Part shown: positions 37,928 through 50,266 of the stretch, piece after piece
Layout: the number at the start of each line of letters is the position of its first letter
Position numbering within the stretch: position 1 is the first letter of the stretch
NCBI GenBank assembly: GCA_951406725.2
Contig: OX597820.1
Location: forward strand, 127,224,001 to 127,288,000
DNA from: Octopus vulgaris
Taxonomy: Eukaryota
Reading direction: 5' to 3'
DNA: 64,000 bases
Position numbers and translations under genes: made by a program
The notes under the pieces: generated by a model
Seen by the model: the letters and a program-made list of their open reading frames with translations, nothing else
Database searches by the model: none
Told to the model about the DNA's origin: nothing

Positions 37928-38554
37928 TTTTATGTATGCATGCATGTGTGCCTTCACTGCTTCTGTAGTGATATTCATGGCTTCCACAAATAAAATGCCT
38001 GCAGCTATTTGAAATACAAAGCCGTAGGAAACAGTATCTTACTTGAAAACAAGCAAAGGTTTGGGACCAGGAATGGCATCTGACTATTGAGTACTGCTTC
38101 AAGAAGTATCATCCATGCCATATCACCTGAGTAGAAAAAGCAGGCAAAAAATCAGTGTCATGACAATGACAACAACTCATCATCAACCTGCTGGGATCAG
38201 TAAACGAGTGGGATTAACATTAAGTGTTTGAATGAACGTCTGTATTCCTCTTGACCCACTTGTTACCGTATTTATGTTGGTTCAATTACACTTGAAAATG
38301 ATGACAAATTTATTAAAGTATTAAGCTTGTGTTTCGAACATCAATTAACATGAAGTTTTAACGGAAGGTTTTAATTTAGTTCAGTTCAAATTAGGGAGCT
38401 TGTATCAGAGAACTGGGCATGGTCTGAGGCATGTCAATATCAAAAGGGTTAAACAAATTTAGGACCTTGTACAAAAATTTTAAACAGGAAAAAAAAAGAA
38501 TTCTAACAACTAATTTGAAAATGTCTAATATTCAAATCAGTCTTCCTGATTTAG

Positions 38555-38855
38555 TTACTGTTATTTGTTCGCCATTAGACTGTGGCCATGCTGGAGCACT
38601 GCCTTTAAGGTTTTCAGTCAAACAAATCGACCCCAGGACTTATTCTTTGTAAGCCTAATAATTATTCTATCAGTCTCTCCTGCTAAACCCCTAAGCCACA
38701 AACACACACATGTAAGGTGGTCTTCTTTCAGTTTCCATCTACCAAATCCACTTGCAAGGCTTTGGTTGACACTTACCCAAGATGCCAAGCAGTGAGACTG
38801 AACCCAACACCCTGTGGTTGGAAAGCAAGCTTCTTGCCACACAGCCACACCTGCA
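38555..38855 (-). mobile_element. SINE family A (internally deleted)
   Basis: Reverse-complement family A motifs. Confidence 0.75.
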
Positions 38856-39525
38856 TCCATTATCAGTATCATTATCATCGTCATCACCTAACATCCATCT
38901 TCCATGCTAGCATGAGTCGGTCTGTTTGCAAAAATTTCCATGAACCAGAGGACTGCATTGAGCTCCATCCAATGTCAGGTGCTAGAAGTACAATTTGAGA
39001 GTGGCTTTAAAATGTATAAATATCCAATTGGTGATGAAAGTTAATGAACAAGAATTGGCTGCGTATAGTCGAACTTTATTGCACTGTCTGTGGTACTTAT
39101 GGTATAATAGATATGACAGACTTTTACAACTGTCTCCTGTGTCTAATAAATTTAATTAATTTACAACTGCAGTAATGGCTGAAGCTTTTGGAGTATACTA
39201 CAAAGTAATCTTAAATGTGAACTGATTTGAAATACTCAATCGAACACTTGCATACACACATACAGTCTCTCTGCTGCAGTGTGTCCTACAAACCAACCAC
39301 AAACTCATGTGCTTGCTCCAGCCGCTAGAAATAGCAGCCAAATTTCCCTCAAATCACACTTTGTAAAGAAATGTAAAACATTTTAGATTATGTAGTTTAG
39401 ACATAGTTGCATCATTCTACAATATTTGCTGCTATGGAGACATTCTTGGAATGTCATCGCTGAATGTAGAACTTGGAACGTAAATGCAATTCACATGCAA
39501 ACCTGAAATCATAACATCATCAGCA

Positions 39526-39901
39526 ACATTGTGGCCATGCTGGGGCACTGCCTTGAATTTTTTTAGTCGAATGAATTGATCCCAGTACTTATTTTTTAAA
39601 GCCTGGTACTTATTCTATCAGTCACTTTTGCTGAACCGTTAAGTTATGGTGATGTAAACACACCAAGATTAGTTGTCAAGCGATGATGGGGGTGGGGTGG
39701 TGGCAAACAAACACACACACACACACACATGTACATATATGCATACTTACATACACATTCTGCCTACCAAATCCACTCACAAGGCTCTGGTCAGCCTGAG
39801 GCTATAGTAAAAGACACTTGTCCAAGGTGTCACACAGTGGGACTGAACCTGGAACCATATGGTTGAGAAAAAAGATTCTTACCACAGCCACATCTACACC
39901 T
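39526..39901 (-). mobile_element. SINE family A
   Basis: Reverse-complement family A motifs. Confidence 0.85.
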
Positions 39902-39905
39902 GTGA

Positions 39906-40107
39906 GATATATATATATATGTGTGTGTGTGTGTGTATGTGTGTATATATATGTGTGTGTATGTGTGTATTTATATATGTGTGTGTATATATATATATGT
40001 GTATGTGTGTATTTATCTATATGTGTGTGTGTATGTATATATGTGTGTGTGTCTGTGTATATGTGTATATATATATGTGTGTGTGTATATGTATATGTGT
40101 GTGTGTG

Positions 40108-40138
<31 letters not shown>

Positions 40139-40348
40139 ATGTATATATATGTGTGTGTGTGTGTATGTATATATATATGTGTGTGTGTATGTATACATAT
40201 ATATATGTGTGTATGCGTGTATATATGTATGTGTGTATGTGTATATATATATATGTGTGTGTGTATATATATATATATACATATGCTCACACACTACACA
40301 ATGCAATATACACATTTGCACACTGCACTACACTCATGCACCACACTA

Positions 40349-40384
<36 letters not shown>

Positions 40385-40385
40385 A
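39906..40385. repeat. Long compound (TG)n(TA)n microsatellite followed by (CA)n
   Basis: Directly visible; source of the spurious 160-205 aa C/V/Y/I ORFs. Confidence 0.97.
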
Positions 40386-40699
40386 CACTTGACGTGGAAT
40401 GGCAGAATAGACAGCAGCATGTTCTCAGTATGTAATAAAACATGTCAGCATCTCTGGATTCCAAAATTTTCTGTCTATCAATCTGCTGCCTCTGTTTCAT
40501 TGCTTTGCTTAAAAGCTGACCAAAGCTACTAAAACAACTGCTTTTAAACAAGCCTGTAAGAGTGAGCCTCTAGTTGGTCGCTCATCCTGCTAGAAATAAG
40601 ACAAATTTCCCTTCAACCACATCTGTCTTTAATAAAGAAATGTAAAACATTTTGGATAATGCAATTTCCAGAACCTCGGTGGTGGCGACAGCTTTATTT

Positions 40700-41165
40700 T
40701 GTATCCAAGCTTTTATTTTCATCTTTGCTGAATGTTTGAATGTTTCCTTTATGGTGATGCTGTTGATGACTGTAGACCAATTCTTACATAGAAGAGTTGA
40801 TGGCATTGACTGGACGGTGGAGGTTGATTTTGTCCAGCCTTTTTTGCCCGTCATTTGACTTCTTCCTTTTCTCTTTGGGTGGTTCCACAGTTTTTGTTTC
40901 TCTTGGTGATGAGATGCCACCACTTGGTTCAGTCTCAGGTTTGTGTTTCAAATGATTTGAGCTCAATTCCAGTGGCTTTTAGTGTTGCTTTGAGTTGGTC
41001 CTTGTATCTTCGGAGATGACAACCTCATGGTTTTCTTCCTGAAGTGAACTCCCTGAATAAGACTTGGCATGGAAACCATGACTCTTCCATTCATTGGAAC
41101 CTTGGCTCTTCCTGATCAAAGATTTGATGCTTTGACTGTTGGCTCTTTCCAGGTTTAGACACTGT
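40700..41165 (-). mobile_element. Degenerate RTE (BovB-like) LINE C-terminal fragment inside a family F SINE
   Basis: Minus strand MEESWFPCQVLFREFTSGRKP*GCHLRRYKDQLKATLKATGIE (cf. RMxDxRLPKQLLYGELxxGKRxRGRPxKRYKDxLK). Confidence 0.78.
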
Positions 41166-41593
41166 TTGAATAAAATGGTAGGATGGTCAGATCAGAGAAA
41201 GAATCCTTTTAAGCATTGGTCTGCTTACTTATTACTGACCGGGGGTTAATTAACAACAATATTTGAAGGGTATGACAACTAAGACAAACCCTTTTGTTAC
41301 CACATTTTAACTGACATGCACTGCCTTCATTTAAATGTTTTTGAAAATTATGAATTTAATGAAATAATTATTAATCTGAGGTTCAGAACATGAAATTTTG
41401 ATAGATTTTAATTTATATTTCTTTAAAACAAAAAGTTTGTATTGTAGGACCTAGGGCAGTCTCTCTAGTGGCTTAGTACCAAAAGGGTTAAAGAGTTGAT
41501 TATGTTGTCCAAACTGTTGCAGACTTGTCAATATTTACCTTGGTCCATTTTATTTGGGCCAAAAGAGTAGTGCAAATCATCTCCGTTTCTAAG

Positions 41594-41957
41594 GGGCAAG
41601 CATGGCTGTGTGGTAAGAAGTTTGCTTCCCAATCATGTGGTTCTGGGTTCAGTTCTACTGTGTGGCACCTTGGGCAAGTGTCTTCTACTATAGCTCTGGG
41701 CCAACCAAAAGCTTGCGAGTGGATTTGGTCAACTGAAATTGAAAGAAACCAGTCACATGTGTGCTTGTCCACTTCCACTGCTTGACAACTGGTGTTGGTT
41801 TGTTGACATCTCTGTAACTTAGCTGTTCAGAAGAGAGACAGAATAAGTAACGGGTTTCTAAAATAGTTACTAGGGTTGATTCATTCTACTAAAACCCTTT
41901 TAGGTGGTAACCCCTGCATGGATGTTGTTCAGTGCCTGAAACAAGTAAAAGATAAAA
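41594..41957 (+). mobile_element. SINE family A
   Basis: Head-to-tail family A motifs. Confidence 0.85.
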
Positions 41958-43669
41958 TATTTCACACCAGTACAATAGGTGTTGGTTCTAGGAATGACAT
42001 CCAACTTGGAAACAACTTATAATTTCCAAAGTCTGTTAGTGCTATGTCAATTAATGCAGGATTGATGTAAAAATACCCTTTTTTTCCCCCATTATTTTTT
42101 TTTTACCATCTGCACAAAAATATAAACTGTTGAGCAAATAGCATAGCTTTATGTTTATTTGTAGATCAAATGAACTCGTCTTTGGTAACTTAGAACTATT
42201 TTGAGCTAAAGTAGAAAGTATATTTGTAAAACAAGAGCGAAAGTAGAAAATATATTTGTAAAGAAAAAAAAAACAAACTATTTTTTGTGACTATAAATTG
42301 ATTCTTATTTTATGCACCTAACTTAATCCATAGTTGTCTCCCTTGTGTGTGTGTGTGTGTGTATGTTGTGGTGAGCAAAGTGTTTTTCTAAGTATTCAAT
42401 TACCACTAAATATAACATGTAATAGATATTGCTATTGGCCCAACTACTACAACTGCATGTTGGCATCATCACTTGGAAAGAAATATTGATTTAACATACA
42501 GCAATTCTAACCAATTTGCTTTGAGGCATATGTAAAAGTAGCAATAAAACTTTGTTCAGCTTTTTTGGTTTTTTCTTCTTTTTCATTTTTTATTAATATT
42601 TTTTAGTGTGTTTATTAAGTCAATATATTTTTAAAAAGTATCAATTTTCATATCGTTTGCTTTAGATTTTTTTTTTTTCATCATTACACAACACTTTTCT
42701 CATAATATATTATGTTTTTTGTTTTTTCATAATTTTCTACTTTAAAAATTAACTCTGCAATGATATTTATTTAATTATCAAATTAATTTTAGTTTAGTTT
42801 TATTTTGTTCTACTTCACTTTATTTTAATACACTTTCCTATATTTTTCTTTCCACTAACAATTCATAATATTTTCCTCATCTTCTGGAAAATTAGCACCA
42901 GATCAGTTGACTGCTTCTTGGGGAAAGAAGGGGCATTGATTCCACTCTGAACATTTCTTCATGATCACTTGTTGCACTTCATCCATCAATCAACACGGCA
43001 TCAGTGGGTCCAGGCTAAATGTCTTTTACTTAATTTCATTAAACTCGTTATTCCTCACTTACCGAAGAGCAGAGTGCTAATGACAGCAGCATGAAACTTA
43101 AAGAGGTTTAAATATTCTGCTTGACTAAGTTGCTCAGTCAATCATCTGAGAAATCATTTGAAAATCCTGTTACTTTCCTTCTTTTTTTTTTTCCTTTTTC
43201 TCTCTCTTTTACCATATTTAATAAATAGTACGTACACATGCATGCACACACACACACACACTCACACACACACACACACACAAGCACACAAACAAATGCT
43301 TGGCTCGTTAACCAATGCTATATATATATATATACACACACACATATGTAATCCAGCTGCAATTGTCAAATGGGATCCATTGATGTATTGAAAAGTGTGT
43401 GTGTGTGTTTTGTGTGAATGGGTTTATAACAACTGTTGTTGGAATATTGCTAATTCACGAAGAAAATGTTTACAGTTCAATGCTTCGCTTAATCTTGAAT
43501 ATTTAACCACCTTCCCTCACTAGCCAGAATAGAGACATCATTAAAAAAACATATCAATAAAAAGATTATCTCTTTTTGTATCTGTGTCATATTATTAAAT
43601 AAATATCTCCTGCTTTTGGAGAGATTTTTCTATGAGCTTTCTGTTACTTGTATCAGATTTCAGTGTGTG

Positions 43670-44010
43670 TGTGTGGTAAGAAGCTTACTTCCCAACCACG
43701 TGGTTCTGAATTCAGTCCTGCTGTGTGGCCCCTTCTGCAAGTATCTTCTGGTACAGCCTCAGACCAACCAAAGCCTTGTGAGCAGATTTGGTAGATGGAA
43801 ACCAAAAGATGCTGCTTGTATCTGACTCCCCCACCACTACCACTTGATGATCAGTGTTGGTGTGTTTATGTCCCCAGCAAAAAAGGCCAATAGAATATAT
43901 ACCAGGCTTTAAAAAAAAATAAAGTTTGAAGGTCAATTCATTCAATTAAATCCCTTCAAGGCAGTGCCCCAGCATGGCCGCAGTCAGATAACTTAAATAA
44001 GTAAAAGATA
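43670..44010 (+). mobile_element. SINE family A
   Basis: Family A motifs. Confidence 0.8.
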
Positions 44011-45019
44011 TATATATACACACACACACACACACATACATATTCATTTGAATTAATGCCCACTTTTCCATGCTTGCATAGGCCGGGTGGGATTCATTAA
44101 AGTAGGTTTGCTGTGGCCTTATGCCTTTCCTGTCCTTGATTAACCCTTACGCCTTTCAAAGCAAGTCCATATTTGCACATTCCCAGACATGTTTTGCACA
44201 GGAGATTGGAAATGTGCAACACCTCTTGTATCATGGCATCACTCATTCAAAACTGTTGCAGGATATCAAGACAAGGAGAGACACACACACACACGTGCGT
44301 GCGTGCACGACTGGGCCAATGGTGCTTTTTACATTAATGCTGAGTTGAGGTATCAACTGTCAAGATCACCAAGCTCTGACCAAAGAGTAATTGCAACGCA
44401 TCAGTAAGGATCCTGTCCATGATTGCGTAATCAGCTAATGAAGGATTCACCATGATTCCAGCTCCCATTGCAAATTCAGAAGAGTGGTATTGGTGGTGGA
44501 TGGTGACACAGTAATGAGAATCTGCAAAGGCGATGTGGTGGTGGGGGGGGTGATGCAATCAACACTGGAGAAATTGAACCTGTAACCTGACTAAATAGTC
44601 CCATCTCCTCTGTATCAATTTTTATTCGGAGATCCTGCCCTTCTTAGATGCTGCAGCTTGTGAGGTCCATATCTTCTCCATTTTCCTTTTGTTGTTTCAT
44701 TCTCTCCCTCTCTCTCTCTCTCTGCTCTCTCTCTCTCTCTCACACACATCATGGTTTATCATGCATACAAAATAAGTACTAAAGAAATAGATTAATATAA
44801 TTTAATCTACCGTATCCTCGAAGGTGGTGCACCAATATGTTCATAGTGCAAAGTGTAATAAACTAAAGCTCATATGAAGAATGTATGTGTGTGTGTCCAG
44901 ATCTGTTATATGTAATAGAAGTAGTATTAAATTAAAACAGCCATCTATGTATCATATTTAATGTAAATACTTAGTTGACAGACAATTTACTGTGATATTC
45001 CGATGGAAATAACAATTCT

Positions 45020-45640
45020 TAGAGACAAAAATGCTTTGTATTTACTTCTGGCTCTTTTGTTCTTGAGTTCAAATCCCACCTAGGTCACCATTGCCTTTCA
45101 TCCTCCAAGGTCAGTAATATGCTCCTCCAAATCTGTGGCCTTCTTTCTCTGTCTTTACACACTCAGTTCAAACTCTCCCAGAATTGATTAAAAAACAAAA
45201 AGTATCATCTGAGCACTGGGGTTGATGTAATCAACTCACTCCATTCCCTGAAATTGCTGTCCTTGTGCCAAAATTTGGAATTATTATTATTAAGGTGGCA
45301 AGCTGGCAGAATCATTATCATGCTGGACGAAATACTTAGCGGTATTTCACCTGTATTCATGTTCTGAGTTCGAATTCCTCTGAGGTCAGCTTTGCCTTTC
45401 ATCTTTTCGGGTCGCAAAATTAAGTACAGTTGAATACTGGGGTTGATGTAATGAACTACCCTCCCTCCAAAAAAAATTTCAGGCCTTGTGCCTATAGTAG
45501 AAAGGATTATTATCACTGGGGCTGTGGATTGACAGTTCTGTTAGAGCCACGTATGAAATATATTTGAGTTCTTTATTTACTGATTTCCAGTCCTGCCGAG
45601 ATGAAATTCACCTCTTGACCTTCTATTAGTTCTTGAGCCC
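45020..45640 (+). mobile_element. Run of SINE family B copies (ATT-tail subtype)
   Basis: Best copy at about 45293-45512, ending GGCCTTGTGCCTATAGTAGAAAGGATTATTAT. Confidence 0.8.
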
Positions 45641-47655
45641 AACATGGATTAGTTGAATATATTATTGAGGCATTGTTTTGCAACTAGCCTTTCCTGTCAC
45701 TAACCCTTAGTTGTTTTTGCAAGTAAAGGATCTCTTATTTCTTCAAAGGCACAATGTCAGTGGTTGTTTTGCTGATACAAGAAATGACAACAACATCACA
45801 ACTTGTAGTCCAAGATATTTGAAGAAACACAGATGTAAACTAACACACACACACGCACATTTCTTTCTGATTCTAGCATCAATAAGATTAATACCAGTCA
45901 TATACTTGTCAGTTTAATAAACTACACCCCACCCCCCTCTCTTGTGGTATGTTAGAAATTATTTTGTTGTAGTAATAGTATAACATTTTCATTCACAAAA
46001 AAAAAACCCCTTCTGTGTGAAATATTTTCTTTATTTTTATTTTTGGCTTTTTGTAGTGGAAAGGGGTTGCAACTAGGGAGAGTTGTGTTCAACGAATGCA
46101 TCAGTGACTTGACTTGCAATTATTATTATATATTCATGTGCTAGCATTGCAAAAATAATGAGTTCATGGTATGTTTAGTGACATTTTGCAGACACTGGTG
46201 GTGAACTAATATTTCCAGCACAACTGCTACAACAAATGAAAGCATTCAAATGAAACCCAAAGACAATGAACTGCAGTAATTGTTCAGTTGAACCAGCATA
46301 CAATTACTTATTATGATGATGATGATGATGATGACCTTAGCAGCGTGATGCTGGTAGGAGCAGAAATAGCATAGTACATTGAATTGGTGGTGCTTGCCAA
46401 TATTTATTTTGAAGGTGACAATTTGGCAGAAATAGTTAAATCTGTCAGACTAAAATGTCTTGAACTATTCAGTTTTCTTTCTCTCTTCTTTCTCCATTCA
46501 AATCATGCCACACTAGATTTTGTCGTACAATTTTTCTTCTGGGGCCTATAAATAGTAGTAATACACATGTTGTGGTTGATTGCTTAATTTGTTTCCTGTA
46601 TAAATTGGCCTTTTGTCTGCATGACATTATAATCAACATCATCATCTTTTAATGTCCACATTTTCCATGCTTGTGTGGGTCAGACAATTTGTTGTGGCAG
46701 ATTTTCTAAGGCTGGATGCTCTTCCTGTTGCCAATTCTCGCCCATTTCCAAGCAAAGCAATATTTCCCCATAGTTGGACTTGTTTTCGTAGAAGACTGAA
46801 AACAAAGGACACCACGTATAGGTCAGTGACCTTTGTTTACAATTGTTGTGTGATTATACATACACATGCAACAGGTTTCTGTCTACCAAATCCATATGCG
46901 TGGCTCTGGTCAGCCTGGGACTATAGTAGATGACACTTGCCCAAAGTGCCACACTGTGGGATTGAACCCAAGACCCACATTGTCAGCCATACTTGCACCT
47001 AATTAAAAACTGAAAACATAATGTATTGATTGTTTGCTCTCACAATTATTGTGACTGTCAAACTGAAATTCATAAACATGTTAAATTTAGTAGTCATTTA
47101 GTCTATGAAAGAATTTGCTGCAGGTCCTGTATCCAAATTATCAAGACCATTGAACCAATGTTTGTTAATCTAAAGCTAGTAAATATGTTAAATTTAGCAG
47201 TCGTCTAGTCTTACAAAACACCTGGCTTCAGGTCCAATATCAAAATATCCCATTGATTTCGGTTTTTTATAATTTTCGACAGTTATGTCAACCAATCAGA
47301 TTATTGAAAACTCTCTAGTATAATAGTTTAGTTTATTGGTGGTAACTTTATTCTTTCTTTTTTTTTTCTTTTTCTGGTTTCTGTCATTGGACTGTGGCCA
47401 TGCTGGTGCATCACTTCCAAGAGTCTTGGTCAATCTTATCGGTCTCCTTTTGTTGAGTTTTGTTTGTTGGGGACTATTTATTTATTGAACAGTACTGAGT
47501 CATAGTATGGACATAGAGAATGCGATTCAACGGTGTCTGTACTAGTAAACCAAAACACAACTCTGTGTGTGTGTATGAGAGAAAGAGAGAGTACAACCAA
47601 ATTATGGACTGTATGTGAAATCTATGCTTTTCTGCTTTTTACTCTCTGTCTCTCA

Positions 47656-47703
<48 letters not shown>

Positions 47704-47708
47704 TCCAA

Positions 47709-47752
47709 CTTGTGAGTGGATTTGGTAGACGGAAATTGAAAGAAGCCCGTCG

Positions 47753-47785
<33 letters not shown>

Positions 47786-48010
47786 ATATGTGTGTAGATG
47801 TTTGTGTGTCTGTGTTTGTCCCCCCAACATTGCTTGACAACCGATGCTGGTGTGTTTATGTCCTCGTAACTTAGCGGTTCGGCAAAAGAGACCAATAGAA
47901 TAAGTACTAGGCCTACAAAGAATAAGTCCTGGGGTCTATTTGCTCGACTAAAGGCAGTGCTCCAGCATGGCCGCAGTCAAATGGCTGAAACAAATAAAAG
48001 AGTAAAAGAG
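47709..48010 (+). mobile_element. 5'-truncated young SINE family A
   Basis: Near-consensus body and tail with CpGs retained. Confidence 0.88.
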
Positions 48011-48235
48011 AGAGAGTACTTGAATGAAATTGAAAATATCCATTTTCGTTCTGTGTGTGTGTTGAAATGAGGGGCTTCCACACAGCATCTGACCATCAAA
48101 AATTAGTCACAAGACACTACTCAGTCCCAAGCCTGAAGACATTTCCCAAAGATACTCTACAGTGGGATTGAACTGTGTGTCACAGTGTTGTGAAGCCAGC
48201 TTCTTAACTACACAGTCATATCTAAACATATCTAA

Positions 48236-48466
48236 GGCGGCGAGCTGGCAGAAACGTTAGCACGCCGGGTGAAATGCGTAGCCGTATTTCATCTGTCGTT
48301 AACGTTCTGAGTTCAAATTCCGCCGAGGTCGACTTTGCCTTTCATCCTTTCGGGGTCAATAAATTAAGCACCAGTTACGCACTGGGGTCGGTGTAATCGG
48401 CTTAATCCCTTTGTCTGTCCTTGTTTGTCCCCTCTATGTTTAGCCCCTTGTGGGTAATAAAGAAAT
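48236..48466 (+). mobile_element. Young full-length SINE family B
   Basis: GGCGGCGAGCTGGCAGAAACG...GGTAATAAAGAAAT; TSD ATATCTAA at 48228-48235 and 48467-48474. Confidence 0.92.
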
Positions 48467-49519
48467 ATATCTAAACCTATGATTATAATGGGATTTTTTT
48501 TTTCTTTCCTTCTACAAATACTTCCTGAGAAACATTCTCTAAAAGGTTGGTTTTTTATTGTGTTTAAATGTTTCTTTTCTCAAGATTTTCATTTGATTTA
48601 ATCTGCATTAGCAAAGTATAAATTTAATTTACCGTCTATCTAAATTTTCTTAAAACACCTTGTCATCCTATAAAGGAATATCAGTGTGTATTCTTTGTAA
48701 TTCCACTTCCATGCACAGATAAAATCACCATCAGAATTGATGTTACCAATATTCTCATTCCATTACCACTTTTCTTTGAACTATTTTTTAGAATTGTTTT
48801 ATATTTGATTTTTTTTATTCCCCTTCTATTTTTATCTGACTTCTGAAACTGGTTTCAAGACTGTTTAACAAACAGATTGTTTGTTTTTTGTCTTTCAATT
48901 TAAAGCTATTTAATTTGATTTTCATAACATAAAAATTATTTATTAATTCTAAGCGAATGTTTTGAGTCCTCATAGATATATTTCAAGCCTTTTGATATCC
49001 CAACCTGCCTGAGCCTGCCTCTGCTAGTTTTGTGATACAAATTTTGTTTTACACGAATCAAGACCTAAAACCTTCCATCAAAATTTCATGTTTATTTATG
49101 TTCCAAACATCAGCTTAAGATGGCAGTTATTTTACTAAAAATATTATTTTGAGAGTCAATTAAAACGAAGATAGGTGCAGGCGTGATGTATGGCAAGAAG
49201 TTTTTCAATTCCGCTGTGTGGCAGCTTAGGCAAGAACTTTCTACTGTAGCCCTAGGTTGACCAAAAACTTGTGCATGGATTTAGTAAATGGAAACTGAAA
49301 GAAGCCCATATTTTGTTTGTGGGTATACATATTTTGTTTGTGGGTATACACACAAATAGAGACAAGCACCATTATTCCATGTGATCAGCTTGAAAAATTA
49401 AGATATTTTTCTTAACATGAAGCCTAATACACAAATAAAGAAATTTTATCCACCAATTCAGTGTTGAGCACTCTTTCTCGTCATTCAACATTTACATATA
49501 TATATATATATATATATAT

Positions 49520-49900
49520 GAAAAGAAGACAAAGGATTAAATGATTACCTTATGAACTTCATTAGCTTACAGTTGTTTATCCTAAGATGCAGTGGACTTA
49601 TAGTTAGTTGGGTGCTTGAATAACACTTTATAGCCTCATTGGAGGCTCCATATTCGAGGCTCTGATTAAGTCATAAGGTATCACTCAAGCTCTCAGCTAT
49701 GAGTCCACTGCACCTTATATGAACTTCATTAGCTTACAGCTGTTTCTGCAACAGCTGTGAACTAATGAAATTCATAGGATCATCGTTTATTCCTCTCTCT
49801 TATTTTCTTATTACCATTCTGTACTTGACTAACACTTCATTCTGAAGCATATGCATATTGAGTTCTACACCAAGTTATTAGTATCGCAATGCCTAAACGA
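49520..49900. mobile_element. Inverted-repeat element embedded in (TA)n, probably a Penelope-like pseudo-LTR remnant with degenerate hammerhead cores
   Basis: Arms at about 49520-49645 and 49656-49800 are reverse complements; CTGATTA/CCAATGA and GAAACAGCTGTAAGCT motifs present. Confidence 0.55.
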
Positions 49901-50032
49901 TATATATATATATTTATATATATTGTGAAGTATATTTACCACCTAAATGTGGCCAGTTCTTAGGTGACAAATATACTTCACGATGTGTTGCAGCTACTGT
50001 TTATACCTCGCTCAGAGATTTATTGTATATAT

Positions 50033-50266
50033 ATATTTCTTTACTGCCCACAAGGGGCTAAACATAGAGGTGACAAACAAGGACAGACAAAGGGATTAAG
50101 TCAATTACATCGACCCCAGTGCGAAACTGGTACTTTATTTATCTACCCCGAAAGGATGAAAGGCAAAGTCGACCTCGGCGGAATGTGAACTCAGCACATA
50201 ACGACAGACGAAATACCACTAAGCATTTCGCCCAGCACGCTAATGTTTCTGCCAGCTCGCCACCTT
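50033..50266 (-). mobile_element. Young full-length SINE family B
   Basis: Reverse complement of 48236-48466. Confidence 0.92.

Noticed and set aside
39034-39160. Short ORF MKVNEQELAAYSRTLLHCLW as an alternative first exon or C/D snoRNA
   Set aside because: Donors are weak, and there is no D box or terminal stem at a plausible distance from GTGATGA.
39802-40551. Long ORFs (up to 205 aa) rich in C, V, Y, I, H and T
   Set aside because: Translations of (TG)n/(TA)n microsatellites, which lack stop codons; the same applies to ORFs at 58-384, 3487-3765, 20634-21131, 22088-22454 and similar.
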